Shown here: positions 13,610-28,226 of the stretch, in pieces | Layout of the letters: every line of letters begins with the position of its first letter | Position numbering within the stretch: the first letter of the stretch is position 1 | Assembly: GCF_011386835.1 (NCBI RefSeq) | Contig: NC_088796.1 | Span: 9,796,001-9,860,000, forward strand | Length of the DNA stretch: 64,000 bases | Source: Chrysemys picta bellii | Lineage: Eukaryota | Direction of reading: 5' to 3' | Made by a program: the position numbers and the translations under genes | The notes under the pieces: generated by a model | Database searches by the model: none | What the model saw: only the letters and a program-made list of their open reading frames with translations | Told to the model about the DNA's origin: nothing

Positions 13610-13715
13610 TATTTTCAAAAGCACCAAAGGAACTTAAGTGCCCAAGTCACTTTTGAAAATGGGACTTAAGCTCCTAAGTGTTAGATGACTTAGATGTTTT
13701 TGAAAACTTTATGGC
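13610..13715. repeat. Degenerate palindromic MITE-like repeat (ttttcaaaag...cttttgaaaa)
   Basis: Repeated self-complementary ttttcaaaag/cttttgaaaa and cttaag/ctaag modules. Confidence 0.45.
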
Positions 13716-14473
13716 ACTTAGTGTCTGTGCTTAAGGTGCCTTGTAGTCATTTCAATACTGACTTGTCACTTAAGCATTCAAATTAGGTGATTCTTTTTGA
13801 TATCCTACTCTTGAGAGGGTGTTTTCAGAGCCCCAAAGGAGGAAGGAAGGCAGACCACTTCCCTGGCTTCATATAATCTGTGTGGCAGAGCAGTGTCACT
13901 GAAAGGCTAAAATCTACTGCCTCTGACTAAAACCAGGTGCAGACTAAAATCAGATTTGCCTGCAAATCACAATTCACTGGGAATGTGAAGAATGCATCTC
14001 ACCTCTTCTAGTGAGATTGCCATGAATCTGATTTGAGGCCAGCCCAGTAGTGCTTTGAAAGGAAGTCCCTCAAAGCAAAAACTGAGCTGATCAAGACTCC
14101 ATGTTGATGATGTGGCCTGCTCTGGAGAAGAAACATTGCTTCTCCTAATAGGCATAGTGAGAGAGCGTCGCCACTGAAGCATCGTACACCATCTTCCTTG
14201 AAACAGGCTCTGATCATTCACGTGCTTGAAGTTTTCATGCTTCATTTTTTTACAACCACGTGATAACTAAGTTTTGATTTTCTGGAGGAATGAAAGTTGC
14301 CACTATTGTTAGCTGTTGAGCCTATTTGGCTAATTGGGAAACCTATAAAAATGGAGGACAATCTAGTTAATATCCATTGCAAATGGAATGTACACCATGG
14401 TGTTTTTTTTTAACTGTTAGTGTGATCCCAAATCCTAATTGTAAAAGACATGCTTTATTTCTTTACTTTACAG

Positions 14474-14564
14474 TTCCCAGATCATAGCGAGTCCCCTTCC
14501 TCCTGTATCCTCCCCACCTCCTACTTCTAAAACAAAGGAGTCTGCAGAGAGTGAAAACCTTGAA
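14474..14564 (+). CDS. PIK3C3: PIK3C3 exon (~12), SQIIASPLPPVSSPPPTSKTKESAESENLE
   Basis: cag|T, GAA|gtaag; 91 nt, phase 2-0; Ser/Pro-rich insert of VPS34. Confidence 0.95.
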
Positions 14565-15117
14565 GTAAGTAAAACATGTTAGAGTTACTAACTAAGAAGT
14601 ATCCAACATAACTGACTGGGTATTTGTTTTATATTGGTCTTTATCCCATTTGAATAATAAGCTAAATATAACAAGTTCACTAAACTTGTTATGATGTTTG
14701 ACTTTTCCTGAAAGTACATTGTTGCATAGTCCAAAAGACAAGACTAGTTTTTACTCTTGCCCTGGGAATATAAATGTGTTAAGAAGAAATGTTCAAGTGA
14801 ACTAAATATAAAGATTACTTTATTAAGAAAATACTGATGGTTTTTCTTAATGTTTATATCTAAGTTGTTTATGAACACAGTCACACTAACAGGAATAGGT
14901 TAATGTTGCATTATGTATTTTTCTGTTAAACACAAAGATCAGTACCTTTTGGTAAAGATAAAAATGAATGTAGAGAAACATAGTGAGCATATAATATTAC
15001 ATTCAAGGTAACTTGAATGTGCCTACATATATTCTAATTAGTGTGTATATAATTATTTTATACAAATCTCAACTATTTTTATCTATATAGCGCACACATC
15101 AAAAACTGTGCGTTCCT

Positions 15118-15205
15118 GGACGAGATCCGCAACTGGTATAAATGGCCTAACTCCATTGATTTCAATGTTACTATCCTAATTTACACCGCTGGAAGATTTG
15201 GCCCT
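15118..15205. repeat. Old ~90-bp palindromic MITE-like repeat
   Basis: agatccgcaactggtataaat...ccattgatttcaatg...atttacaccgctggaagatt forms an imperfect hairpin. Confidence 0.45.
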
Positions 15206-15485
15206 TCTCTTTCTAGTAGATGTTGGATAAACATGGGGAGATGAACTGATGACTGCATTGAAGCCAGTATAACTGTCTGGTGTACTATCGGTCTGAGAGC
15301 GCTCACCTTGCTACACTCGAAGTCCATGCAGTTTACTTCCTGGGGTTTAATTCTAGTGAGTCACAAAATAAATCCCAAATGAAGCAAGACAAAATTCAGC
15401 CCAAGCCTTTTCGTGGGGTTGGCTGCTGCCATAGTTCATCTGAGGGCTACTCAGCCCTCACTAGCAAGCTGCTCTCACTTTAAAA

Positions 15486-15658
15486 TCATAGAATATCAGG
15501 GTTGAAAGGGACCTCAGGAGGTCATCTAGTCCAACCCCCTGCTCAAAGCAGGACCAATCCCCAGATAGATTCTTGCCCCAGTTCCCTAAATGGCCCCCTC
15601 AAGGATTGAACTCACAACCTTGGGTTTAGATGCTCAAACCACTGAGCTATCCCTCCCC
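15486..15658 (-). mobile_element. Tortoise-type PolIII/SINE (tRNA-derived head + CR1 3' tail)
   Basis: Minus strand: gggatagctcagtgg (A box), gagttcaatcc (B box), then CR1 tail ggactagatgacctcctgaggtccc..tattctatga. Confidence 0.85.
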
Positions 15659-15926
15659 GCAACATGGGGACAGGGAATGGGGACAGGCAGCCCAGATGTG
15701 CCTACCTTTAAGATGCAATACAGACACAGTAGAGTACTTCGTTTTTTTTGTTTGTTTTGTTTCTTTGTCTGTTTTTTGGGGAGGTCTCTGCTGCTGCCTG
15801 ATTGGTTATTTCCAGTTTCACATGGTGTCCAGTTGACTGGTCAGTCTGTAACTCTAGTGTTTGTAGCTTTGAGGCTCTACTGTATAACTTTTTTACCTTT
15901 TTTTTTTTTTTTTTACTCTATTCTAG

Positions 15927-16085
<159 letters not shown>

Positions 16086-17849
16086 TAAAAGATAGTCCTT
16101 GCCCTGAGGAACTTAATATCTAAACTGGAGATGCAATAATGGGTTTAAATAAACAAAAGGAAGGATGAGGATTACACAGTGTGCAGTTACATAGGGTAAC
16201 TAGTATAAAGATGGCAGTCACTAGCTTATAGAATAACGTGTATGCATATGTCTCTAGATAAAGTGAGAGCATTATATTTGCATTAATGCAGTGATCAAAA
16301 TAAAATTTTAAATTCTCACTTTATGGTCTACAAGTGTCCATTCAATTGGAATAAAAAAAAAAACGTAATTCAGTTTTGGATTGTGTTATGATTTTTTGGT
16401 TTTCATAGCAATCTTTCTATAGCACTCAGTTCGTGCCCTGTATTATAGCACTTAATAAAATGCATAATTGGCATAAGGCACTGTAAACCTGTTGTGCTAA
16501 ACTAAGGCTTCCTTTATTAGCTATCGTGGATGAGTACCATTTGAATATCTAAATAAGGTAGTGCTGCAAATATCTCTCCCCCACCCCCATGAATGACCTA
16601 TAGTTGTGACACCTTGTCCAGATGATTGGAGTTTTGCACTTAAATCACAGCACTAAAAATGTACCCCTGTTTTATAATTCTGTATGTCATTGATTGAAAA
16701 TGGTTATCGGAAGTATGCTGTAACTAATACTAATATGCTATGAATAGAACGTAATAGTTGGAAATGAAAGGGGTGAATTAAAATAAATTGTCCAAAATGG
16801 TGTGCCAAAAATTTGACTTACAACTGGAAGCACTGTCAGAATAAGTCCATCCTCGCAAAATATATCCTTGTCTTCCCTCTCACATACAATATTTAAATTT
16901 AAAAATATTAATCAAACAGAAACATGATTTACTACAACACATGGTTGTAGTATACACCATGCCAGCATACACTTTTTCTTTGTCATAGCCTAGAATGTTT
17001 GTTTAAACTAAAAATATAATGGGCTCCTGTTCTGAAGGTAAGGAACTACAAGTGTGATTACTGGGAATAGATGTTAAATATTTGGTCCGGTCAAACATTC
17101 TTATTTATTTAAGTAGAAATAAGTTAGTCTAGCTTCGCTCACTTAAATGTGTGGTTCATTTCACAGTCATTACTGAAGCTTTTGTGTTTGGCCAATTACA
17201 TAAAACCCCAAACCTTTTCATACATGCAAGATTGTGTGTGGTTTGTATCACTAGAGAATACAAGTACATTGCATTCTGAAACTTGGAACAAACTTTCTTC
17301 TTCCTAACTCATTCAGTCAACAAACTTTCAAGCTCTCTCAAAACACTCTTGCCTTCTGACCGCAAAATCAGCTAATTTATTCTTTCTTTTCTTTTCAGAC
17401 ATCTCAATTTCTCTGTGACAAAATCCAAATGTCACAGCTACAGTTTGATCTGACATAGCCATAAATCCTTTTGGCTGCTGATCAATTACGTTTTTCAGCT
17501 AACCAGACGCAGCATGAGCTTAAAACAATCAATAGAAAAATTCAGTAATCCTTGAAATTCAGGCAACACATTCATATTACTGTGATGCTAGAGTCATTCC
17601 TGTACTTTTTCACTTTTGTGCATAGATGACTTAAAACTATTTCTTGTGTATACATCATCTACTGAGGCATATGATATCAGGCCTTCGGGCCTGCCTCTCA
17701 AGAAGTTAGAGAGATATCATGTAGTACTTTCCTTTGCAAAAAAAGATGAGATAAAGACACATTTTAATGAATTTCTTTGCATTGTCCCTTTTTCCCTTCG
17801 CTTGTTGAGTACATAAGCTTTGAAAATACACACGAGAAGCTGTCCGACT

Positions 17850-18350
17850 TCATTTCCTCTGTAGTAAGATCTACATTTGTAGCCTTAAAAAAGGCTATGC
17901 TACTAGCAATCACTGCTGCAAGAGTAAGAGAGCTTTGGCAATGGCTTCTGGTTAGCTATAGGATTTATCAAGAGTATAGCCCTTGTGAAACACAGGTATT
18001 TATCTGGATACTGAATGCATTTCGGATTTTGTTATCAATTTGTAAATTAGTTTAGAAAGATGTATAGCACACAAGCTTGATGGAAAATTCGCTTGATGTA
18101 GCGAGCTCTTGAATCAATTTGAAGAGACAGCCCACGACAGCAGATTATCTAATGGATTGTGCAGTTTACTGCAGTTGATTTTCTACATCGAGAAGAGACC
18201 ATTTTGATTAGTTCTTCTGTGGCTACCAAATTTAGATATTAATCCCTATCTACTCAAAACATGCTCTTCAATCTAGAAATGTAGCTAGGTCATACAATCC
18301 TCTGCACATTGTCCTTCATATCCATGTGCACCTTTTACATAGTTTTGTCT
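17850..18350 (+). mobile_element. Ancient DIRS tyrosine-recombinase relic
   Basis: Translation fragments KKAMLLAITAARVREL, LDVARAL, RLSxWIVQ and SMCTF occur in the same order as the YR motifs of the other DIRS copies. Confidence 0.5.
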
Positions 18351-19948
18351 TGGGAGTGGAATTGCTGCTCCATTTTTGAATTGGCTCATGTTGTCACCTC
18401 CTTTCATCTCCCGTGTTGTTAAATGAATTTTTCTCTTTGGGGTGCCTGACACAGTGCTTAATTTGTGCCAAGGTTTGCCAGGGTTGAGCCCTGACACTGC
18501 TAGGCTTGGTAGTTCATAGCCCTGGCAACCTCTGGGCTTGCTGTATCAGTTATGAAGGGTTAAAAATAATTGCTTGAACCCTGACACCTCTTTCATTACA
18601 AATTAAGCACTGACTTGACATTAGTTGTCCCAGCATATAACCAGTTTCAGTGATCTAAAATAGAAACAAAGTATATGTTGTGTAAGAAAGGTAGAAACAT
18701 AATTGTTAAGCAGAGCATAAAATCAGCTAGACTTAATATTAGGACAAGTGTAGTTAGCTCGGCTCTCAGATTTATTCATTTGGTTTAATTTGTAATCAAC
18801 ATTCTTATCAGCACTCATCAAACTTGCTATGGGCTCTCACAGTATTGAAAAACCCAGTTATCCAATCAGTAACAAAAATATTCTGCCCATGCACCTCAAA
18901 ACACTTACTGATGTCGGAGGTGGTGTTCCATTGAGCCTGTATAGTGCCTAACATGTTGGAGCTCCAGTCCTGGGGCAACACCATAAAGTAATTAGAAAGG
19001 TAACTGTCTCAGCGTGGGTGGAATTAGTCCATAACATCTGTGAAGACTGATTAGGTTCACTACATTTGTACAGTCACTTGACTTAATCCAAACCAACCAT
19101 TAGAAAATGTAATGTATTCAGTTGGATATTAAATAGCCCCGCCTAGAATACGCACAGTTCTATGTATTGTGCCATACTATATCTCAGAGGATAGAAGGGT
19201 GATAATTGACAAACTGCCTGTTTTGGTTGGCATTACTTTATCGTGCATAAGTGAAATTACATTTCTATGCTGCATATGAAATAACCCATAAGGGCAATCA
19301 GAGTAAGAACCACACATAATTTACCAAAATAAGGCATCAAATCAAAAATGATTGTAAAATATTGTTCTCTTCTTTGTCTGAGGCCTCTCATCTGGTAGTC
19401 CTTTTAAAAATGAACAGTAACTTATTTGCAAAGCCATGCTCTGGGATCACTCAAGTATTCTTCCACCCCAATTGCTGATGGAACATGCAGTGACAATGCA
19501 TTGGGCGAGGGAGGCAGGAATGGGGGTTCAGGAGGTTGTTTGAATTGCCATTTTGTAGCACTCAGATTAGGAATGGATAATAAAGCAGTGAGAATGGTAG
19601 AACGCTCCTGTCAATGAGTGGTAGGACAAATTATTAGTGTAGATGAACATGCAATGGGACAGAGGTGTGTGTCTGGGATACCCGTCCGTACCTGCTCTGT
19701 TTGAGTGCTACCACTCTTATGTCTTAAGTGAAAGTAAATCTCAAGTGTTTCAAGTAGTCTGTATATCAGTGGAAAGACCCAGGGTGTCTGTCCCTGATAC
19801 TGCTACCTGAAGGTTCAGGTTTTGCCCTGAATCAAGTAAAAATTAGTTTTGCTGTAATTGCAGATCTTTATTACCCAGCTGTAGTACTGCACAGGTAAGT
19901 GATTTGTATCGCAGAAGGACAACCTAACCGAGATTGTTTATGTGTTAA

Positions 19949-20146
<198 letters not shown>

Positions 20147-20945
20147 TAAGCATTACAGTCTGCCAAGCCACTTCTTCTCCCAGGAATTAATTTGATCTGC
20201 TGTAAATGATGTAATTTTAGTTCAAAACAAATGAATGCGACTATCAAGAAAGTATTTCCCTTTCTCTATTTGTTGCTTTTCCGATAAACTGACTTTTCGT
20301 ATCGTGCTTGCCTCTAGACCCCCTTGCATCTGGCAGTGAATGTCTGATATTTGTGGGGAATATTTGGCCCTGCTTGACAAACTTGAGGTTGGATCACTAG
20401 CCTTTGCTGAATCAAGGAGCAGTGCCAATCTGTCTGTCAGCAGTAGAGGGTGCTGATGTAGTGAAAAAAGGTCCTTCTCCTGAGCTATAGTTCATAACTT
20501 CTGGCATATGTGTACAGCATTTGCTGGCTTAAGTCTAACGTTGGGTATCTTTCATTGTATTTTACTTCACATCTCACTAATGCTGCTTCAAGGTTTTTAT
20601 GTGACTCATGTAGTACAAAGGCGTATTTCACATGCGAGAATCTTCATGAAACTTACTTTTTTCCTCCCTGTGAATTAGTTTGTCATGCATGAATGTTCAC
20701 CACTCAAATTATTATTGTAGATGTAAATTGAAGTGCACTAAAAGGTCAGATAACTGATTGCCAGCTACAGCAATTTTGATTACATTTTACAGAAAATACT
20801 GTGCTTTGAATGAACTCTGAAATGAAAGATAATTGATCTTTTTTATTAACTTGGGAAATCTAGCTAGACTAAGAATAAATGTACAAATTTCAGATGTAAT
20901 TATGGAACAAAGACCTAATTTTCTGTTTCTTTTTCATTCACGTAG

Positions 20946-21167
<222 letters not shown>

Positions 21168-21466
21168 TAACGTCTTATTTAAGCTAAGCATTTATGTTAA
21201 TATGCAGTGTATGTGTTTTGTTTAGCCTGAAGTATTTCAGCTCTTTTGCATTTTTTGCCCTGAGCTATTCTAGTTCTGTTTGTTTTGGTTTCTTTGGTCA
21301 CCTTTTGGACACACATATGGAAGACTAAAATTTCTGGGAAATCTTTTCTCAAAGATGCTTTTGATCAATTTATTTTTCCTCTTTAATTTATACAAATATA
21401 ACTTTTGTACTCTCAGGAAGGTATATCCAGAATAGTGCTTTGGCTTTAAGGGTACATTGTTTTAGT

Positions 21467-21553
21467 TGGGGATTGGTCCTGCTTTGAGCAGGGGGCTGGA
21501 CTAGATGACCTCCCGAGGTTCCTTCCAACCCTGATATTGTATGATTCTATGAT
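21467..21553 (+). mobile_element. 5'-truncated SINE/CR1 3' tail
   Basis: ggggattggtcctgctttgagcagggg..gatgacctcccgagg..ctgatattgtatgattctatga. Confidence 0.85.
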
Positions 21554-23059
21554 CTACACAGCAGTTGGGAAGTGTGATTCCTACCTCAGGTAGATATACA
21601 CGCACTATGTCTGCTTGAACTAGTGCCTAAAACCAGCGAGGTCATGGCAGCTGCCTGAATGTAGTCCTGCCTGACCCCATCTCTGGGTATATACTTGTGT
21701 AGCTTATGTTTTGAAGTTTTTTAGACAGGTTTTTTTACGCCTTTCTCAGCTATTAATTGTTGTGTATTTACTATGTCAGTAGTTTATCTATTTTTCCCCC
21801 TTCACCCTTTGGTGAGAGGAGTTAGAAACCGATAGGGTTTTTTTTTGTTGTATACTTATGATTCTTGATTTTATTAGTCTTTTTCTTCCTGTGTTTTTGA
21901 GATATTTGACTGTATGGCATGTTCATTCTATTCATTTTATCTTTGTTACTGCTTGTGTCCTTCAGTCCTTCAATAGCATCGTTAATACCAGTTTCACCAC
22001 CACCTCCTTTCTTCCCCAAATAATGTTGTTGTGCTGAACTTTTCATTTCCTTAGTGTATGACCCATTTTCCATAGCATGTACTAAATTACTTTTTAATAC
22101 TGATTTGTGCCTGAGATTTTCGTATACATTTACATGGAAAAGTATGAATGCGCTATAGCATAAGCAAGACGCTGGAAACCACTATAATCCTAAATACTAA
22201 TATAGATTGAGACATATAGACTTTATAATCTGATTTTAGATTTATCATTAGATCTTGTTATCTCCTTTTTAATCCACCTGAAAATCTGGATAAAAATCAG
22301 GATCTTGCTAAGAAAAAAACAAACTTTGCATCGTAGCTGAGCTTTCAGGGATCGTGGATACACATTGAAAATGTCTGAACTTTTATTACAAATATTAGCT
22401 GAAGAGCTTGATACGATATATTCCAATCTCTCTAGTGTTTTTTAGGTTCTAAGTATTTATGGTGTATGAGTTAAAATGGACAAAAACAAAACAAAAACTC
22501 CTTTTTAATATGTTTATTGGTTCTTTATACCAGTATTCAACAAGGAGCTTTAGTCTTCTGTGAGGTCAGTAGCTCCTTTCTAGATTCATTATCTCTTCCA
22601 TAATTTAATTTTGAGCTAAATTTTGAGTCTTGGATATTTTAATATGCATTTATAACTTTCATCAAACCTGTTAAGTTGAATTTATTTATATAGCACAATG
22701 TTTATCCAGAAAATGGAATATATTTAGTCATGCTTTGTGTGATTGTATCTATAATACATGAAGGGGAAAATACATAATGAAAATTGGGTAATATGCATAT
22801 GTTCTTGAAACTATATCTATTCTGCGTTTCAAACAAACAAAAAACCTCTATGTGCTTCTGGCCTATAATCTATCCTACACATAAACCAGAGAGAAACATT
22901 TGTAAGATGCATTGTATATAGTAATTGCCTATATATTTCTATATAACACAAATGTGTAGGTTTGGGCTATCTTCTGGCCTGCAGCAACTGGCCTTTGCAA
23001 ATATGCCCAGGGGTGTTTGAGCTAATATAGTGGCCCTAGGCCGCTCTTTGCCTCTGACT

Positions 23060-24164
23060 TAGGGTTACCATACGTCCGGATTTCCCTGGACATGTCCGTC
23101 TTTTTGGTACTCAAATCCCCATCCGGGGGGAATTGCCAAAAAGCCGGACATGTCCGGGGAAATAGGGAGGCAGCATAAGCCAGGGTCTGCCCCAGCACAA
23201 CCCGTCGGGTCCGCAGCGCAGCCCAGCCGCCCGGCTACATTGTAGCGAGCTCGGGTGGGGGAAGAGGGGCGCAGCCGCAGAAGGCGGCGAAGGGGCCACT
23301 GCTGCCCCCGGAGGCCGGGCGGACCACGCGCCCCAGCCAAACCCGCAGGAGGTCGGGGAGGCCGGGCCCAGGCAGTGGCTCGGGCTTCCCTCGTGGGCGG
23401 GAACTCCCCGGCCACTGGGGGACCCTTCCTGCGGCTCCGTCACCCCGCGCGGCAGGAAGGAGGCTGCGGCGCGGAGCAGGGAGTGCAGCGTGTGCCTGGG
23501 CTGCAGGGACCCACGGTGTCCCGGTCGCCGCTGAGCATCCGAAGCCCCAGCCAGGCAGAGGCGAGCGGGGGAGCAGGGCAGACAGGGGCGCAGAGGCTGC
23601 AGGGGTGGGGGGAGTGCAGGGGCTGCAGGGCGAGTGGGGAGCAGGGGGCACAGAGGCTGTAGGGGCAGGGGGGTGCAGGGCAGGCAGGGGCATAGAGGCT
23701 GCAGGGGGGTCCAGGGGCAGGGCAGGCTGGGGGCGCAGAGGCTGCAGGGGTGGGGGGGGATGCAGGGCTGCAGGGCCAGTGGGGAGCAGGGGGCACAGAG
23801 GCTGCAGGGGCAGGAGGGGGCAGGGGGGTGCAGGGGCAGGGCAGGCCGGGGGATGCAGGGGCTGCAGGGCCAGTGGGGAGCAGGGGGCACAGAGGTTGCA
23901 GGGGCTGGGGGGGGGGGGGGAGGTGCAGGGGCTGCAATGCGAGTGGGGAGCAGGGAAGCACTTAGCAACCCCCAACCAAGATCAGAGCGGGAGGGAGGAG
24001 GGGGAATGTGGGGTGCTCAGAGGAGGGGGCAGAGTTGGGGCAGGGACTTTGGGGAAGGGGTTGGAATGGGGGCGGGGAAGAGATGGGGTTGGGGCGGGGC
24101 CGGGGGCGGGACTGGGACCCCGTGAAGTGTCCTCTTTTTTAAATGTTTGAATATGGTAACCGTA
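23060..24164. mobile_element. GC-rich hAT-like MITE with internal minisatellite
   Basis: TIR tagggttaccata / tatggtaaccgta; partial TSD ctctg; same family as 52959-53675. Confidence 0.75.
23570..23950 (+). repeat. G-rich imperfect minisatellite (units built from ggggagcagggggcacagaggctgcagggg)
   Basis: Repeated gcagggggcacagaggctgcagggg modules; source of the low-complexity ORFs in the track. Confidence 0.8.
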
Positions 24165-24493
24165 CTCTGGCGTTAAAATCAGTGGAATCTGCTGCATCTG
24201 TCTTCACTTCATGTCTATTCTGTGCATGGTTGGCAGGAGGAAATAGGGCAGCTGTTGAGCATTTGGTGCATAAGTTCTTTATTATATAGGATATTAGGTA
24301 AATCATTCTGACTGAATTGCAGTTTTAAAAATGTGTGCAGTATTGATTCAATATTATAAATGTGGGGCCAGTTCCCACAGTGAGATTGTCGCAGGCTGTT
24401 ACCAGCACGAGCGAACCCATTGAAATCAGCAGGGCTCCATACTGGTGCAGGGCTCCATCTCTGTAATTCCAAGTGTAGGATCATATCCTAGAG

Positions 24494-24846
24494 CAGTGAG
24501 ACTCAGACTGCGGCTCGCGAGCCGTAAGTGGCTCTTTAATGTGTCTCCTGTGGCTCTTTGAAGCACATGATCTAAAACACTGTGTGATTTAATTATTAAC
24601 TAATCTGAGTTATTAATCAAGATGCTTTTATTATGTTATTAACCAATTAGGTTATCAACTTGCACTAAGTTATTAACTTGTTTGCTGCGAGAATGATATA
24701 TATAAATTAAATATTTCCTCCGTCATACGGTTTTAAATATGAATAGTTCTATAGTAACTGAAACAAAATAGAGTGAATTCAACGGCTCTTTTGGGTAATG
24801 TTGATCGCTAATTTACTCCTGAACCACTGAGATCTGAGTATCACTG
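24494..24846. mobile_element. hAT-type MITE
   Basis: TIR cagtgagactcag / ctgagtatcactg; 8-bp TSD tcctagag at 24486-24493 and 24847-24854. Confidence 0.85.
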
Positions 24847-24851
24847 TCCTA

Positions 24852-24918
24852 GAGCAGGGGGTTGGACTAGATGACCTCCTGAGGTCCCTTCCAACCCCAA
24901 TATTCTATGATTCTATGA
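24852..24918 (+). mobile_element. CR1/SINE 3' tail fragment
   Basis: gagcagggggttggactagatgacctcctgaggtcccttcc..tattctatgattctatga. Confidence 0.8.
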
Positions 24919-25355
24919 ACAGACCTTGTATAAGAGAACTAAAGACCTCTATTAATGTGGAAAACTAACACCCCTTCATAGGGGCATGTAGCCAATTTAC
25001 AAAAATACAAAGAAATTATTGGAAGGTTACTATCATTGACATATCTAAACCTGCATGTATTTATATGACTGGCTTTGAACTGGGTGTAGAATATCTGATT
25101 ACTTCGACTGTTCTGCAATTTCTTTTTAATTTCACATTGTGCTAAAGATGGATGTTACATTGCTTTGAAGGCATAAAGTGCTTTATAAATGCTATATTAT
25201 ATGGATATACATCTACTTTTTTGTTACTGCACATTTTTATACCCAACTATATAAATATTTCTGCAAAGGTTGTTCTCATGCTTTTCCATCTATGTTTCTT
25301 TTAAACTCCATTTACATTTTCATCTAATTGAACTTTTGGGGTTTTGCTCTTTTAG

Positions 25356-25517
<162 letters not shown>

Positions 25518-26596
25518 TGAGTTATAATTAAACCTTAATTTTTGAAATACTAACAGAAACATTACCTTGAAAAACTACTTGCTGTTAAATTTGTCAAATA
25601 CACATTGTGCTCCTGACATTGAGAGGCTAATATCACTGAATTTAGTGGGGTAAGTGCATGATCAAAGTATTTGTACCCGAGTGCAGCCAATGTTTGAGGC
25701 ATTTTGGTCTAAAAGACTGTATCCTCTACTCTTTCCTTACGAAATGCTGTGAGTGTGTGCATACTAATTGGCCACAATACTGTACGCGTTGGAGTTGATG
25801 TAAAGAGATGTTCTGAGCAAGGTTTGATCAGTGAACATTTTGATATCCAGACAGGACTTCCCAATCTGAGGGCTAGCTACTAAGACATCAGAGCCAGCAC
25901 AGCAATGGTCCACCATCCGTTCTATATGATTTATTAAAAATCCATGATCAACAGAGTCAAACCTTGCTGACAGACTGTCTGTTATGACCTGGGTGTATGT
26001 GATAGTAATAGTGGTAATGCACGAATGGGTGCATAGCTTATGTGTCTGCCAAAATGCCGCCTAAATCACAGATGTGCATCATTCTACATTCTTCCAGCAC
26101 CTCACCTTCTCTGTCCACACTGTAGACTTGTTTCTCCATGTGTGCATTTGTGCTTTCTTCGGAATAGAGTGTTACTCCACTTTCTTATTTCCTTCTTCAT
26201 TGCCTTTGCCTTATTTGATCGTTTGGGGTTGGTGGTTCTTGTTCTTCATTTTCAAGTGTTCTTGTCAAGTGTATCCTCCTAGCTGACAACAGCCTTCTGT
26301 GACTATTCGCTTTTGTACTCTGGCCAACATATCACACATCACATCATCTCACATGACTAACCATCTCAGTTTATGCTCCCTCTGCTTTTCCGCAATGGAG
26401 CAACCTGCATTGTGGTTTGTACCATTTCATGATGTAGCCTATCAGCGCTACCGTCCACCTGAGCACACTCATTTCAGGAGTGCGAAGCAGTTGTTCGTTC
26501 TTCCTCATTGGCCAGCATTCTGACCCATACATCATGGCTGACCTAATCATGAACTTATATGCTTTGTTCATTAGTTTACTTGGCATATTCTTATTG

Positions 26597-26733
26597 CAGA
26601 GATTTCCCTTCAACTTTATTTTTCATTTGCAGGCTCCTAATTTTTTTTTAATGGAGGTTTGGACCCCTTTGAAAATCTTGGACATAGTCTGTGGACCTCC
26701 AGGGGTCCATGGACCACAGGTTGAAAACCACTG
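26597..26733. mobile_element. Short hAT-type MITE nested in the RTE (same family as 47259-47390)
   Basis: Right TIR ggttgaaaaccactg; body gacatagtctg..ccaggggtcca shared with 47259-47390; left end decayed. Confidence 0.6.
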
Positions 26734-28226
26734 GTTTACACCAAGTACTCTTCATGTGACTCCTAACGTCTGCATTTACATTCCCAACATGCCTCAACAC
26801 TGAGCCAACACTGGATGCACAGACTCTAACTCTACACCATCTAATTTTACTGGGTTCTCATTATCTCTCAACAAAGTATCGTATGTATTCTATCGTTTGT
26901 TGGCTGATTCGTAAGCCATTTTCTTCTAATGCAGCCCTCCATAGTTGTATCTCCCTTTCCAGTTTGTAGTATCTTCTCGGCACAACATATCGTCATTGTC
27001 ACAAAGAATGCTCCAAGGAGCTTTTCCCCTGATGTCCTGTGTCAAGGTGTCCATTGCAATCACAAATGTGAATGGACTTAAGGCTGATCCTTGATGTTGA
27101 TCTACCCTCATGGTGAATGACTCACTGTAGCCTCAGCTGCTTCTCACTGCTATTGTGCTACCCTCGTACATGTCCATGATAGTCTGAACGTATGTCTCTG
27201 GCAGATTGGGCCACAGCAGGTGCCATCATAATAATTCTCTAGGAACTTTGTCATAAGACCTCTCTTATTCTAAATGCAATTCCTTGTGTTTCTCCCTGTG
27301 CTACTTTTGCAATATTCAGACTGCAAACACTGCATCCATTGTTGACCTTCCTGGCATACACCTGAAATGGTGGTTGTTTACTTGGTGCTCCAGTTCCTCC
27401 CACATTCTTTATAATTCTTGCAGGCATTTCATTGTGTGAATCATTATCTTGATGGGTTGGTAATTACTACATTCTTGCACATCTCCTTTATGCTTAAAAA
27501 TAGGGACCAATTTGCAATTTCCAGTATAGTGAATTAAGGTGAAAAAAGTATTTTGTCATAACCATGTCTGTTGCTTTAAATGCTTCAATTGGTATTCTAT
27601 TCGGTCCCACTGCCTTGCCATGTTTCATCATCTTGAGCAATGTCTGAGTCTCCAACAGGATGATAAGTCTTGTAAGGTTGTTGCTTGTGCATAGTTTCCT
27701 CAGTGGTTTCTTTACATTCTCCTAACTGAGCAGTTTCTCATAAAACTGCTGCCATCTCCTAATGACTTCGCACTCTTCCACCAGTGCTCTTCTGTTTTCT
27801 TCTTTAATTCACTTCACAGTTCCCAAATCCTCTGTGCTTCTTTGCCTAATCTTGTTTAATCTATATATTCCTTTCCTTCCTTCCTTCCATAGTAGTCCTG
27901 TGTAAACGGCTTTAAATGACATATCCTTAGCTTTCGTAACTGCCTTTTTTTTATGTTTTCTTTACTAGCTTGTATTCCTCATAATTTTCTACCATTCCTA
28001 CTTTCTGCCATCATTTAAACCTTTCCTTCTTCTTTACAGCTTCTTGCACATTGTTTGATCATCACCATGTCCCCTTGCAATGAAATTTCCCTCCTCTTGT
28101 TTGGCCACATGCAGCCTGTGAACATTCTGTAATATGTTTGGCTATTTTCCCCCAAACCACTTTGGTATCATTGTGGTCAGTTTGATCGTTGCCCAAGCTC
28201 AGTAGAATCTTTGTCCTTATACCTCA

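Noticed and set aside
15590-15658. tRNA-like sequence with A and B boxes
   Set aside because: Truncated cloverleaf fused directly to a CR1 tail, so it is a SINE head and not a tRNA gene
23065-24197. Several long overlapping ORFs (up to 285 aa)
   Set aside because: Low-complexity Pro/Gly/Ala frames arising from a GC-rich minisatellite inside a MITE; no domain motifs
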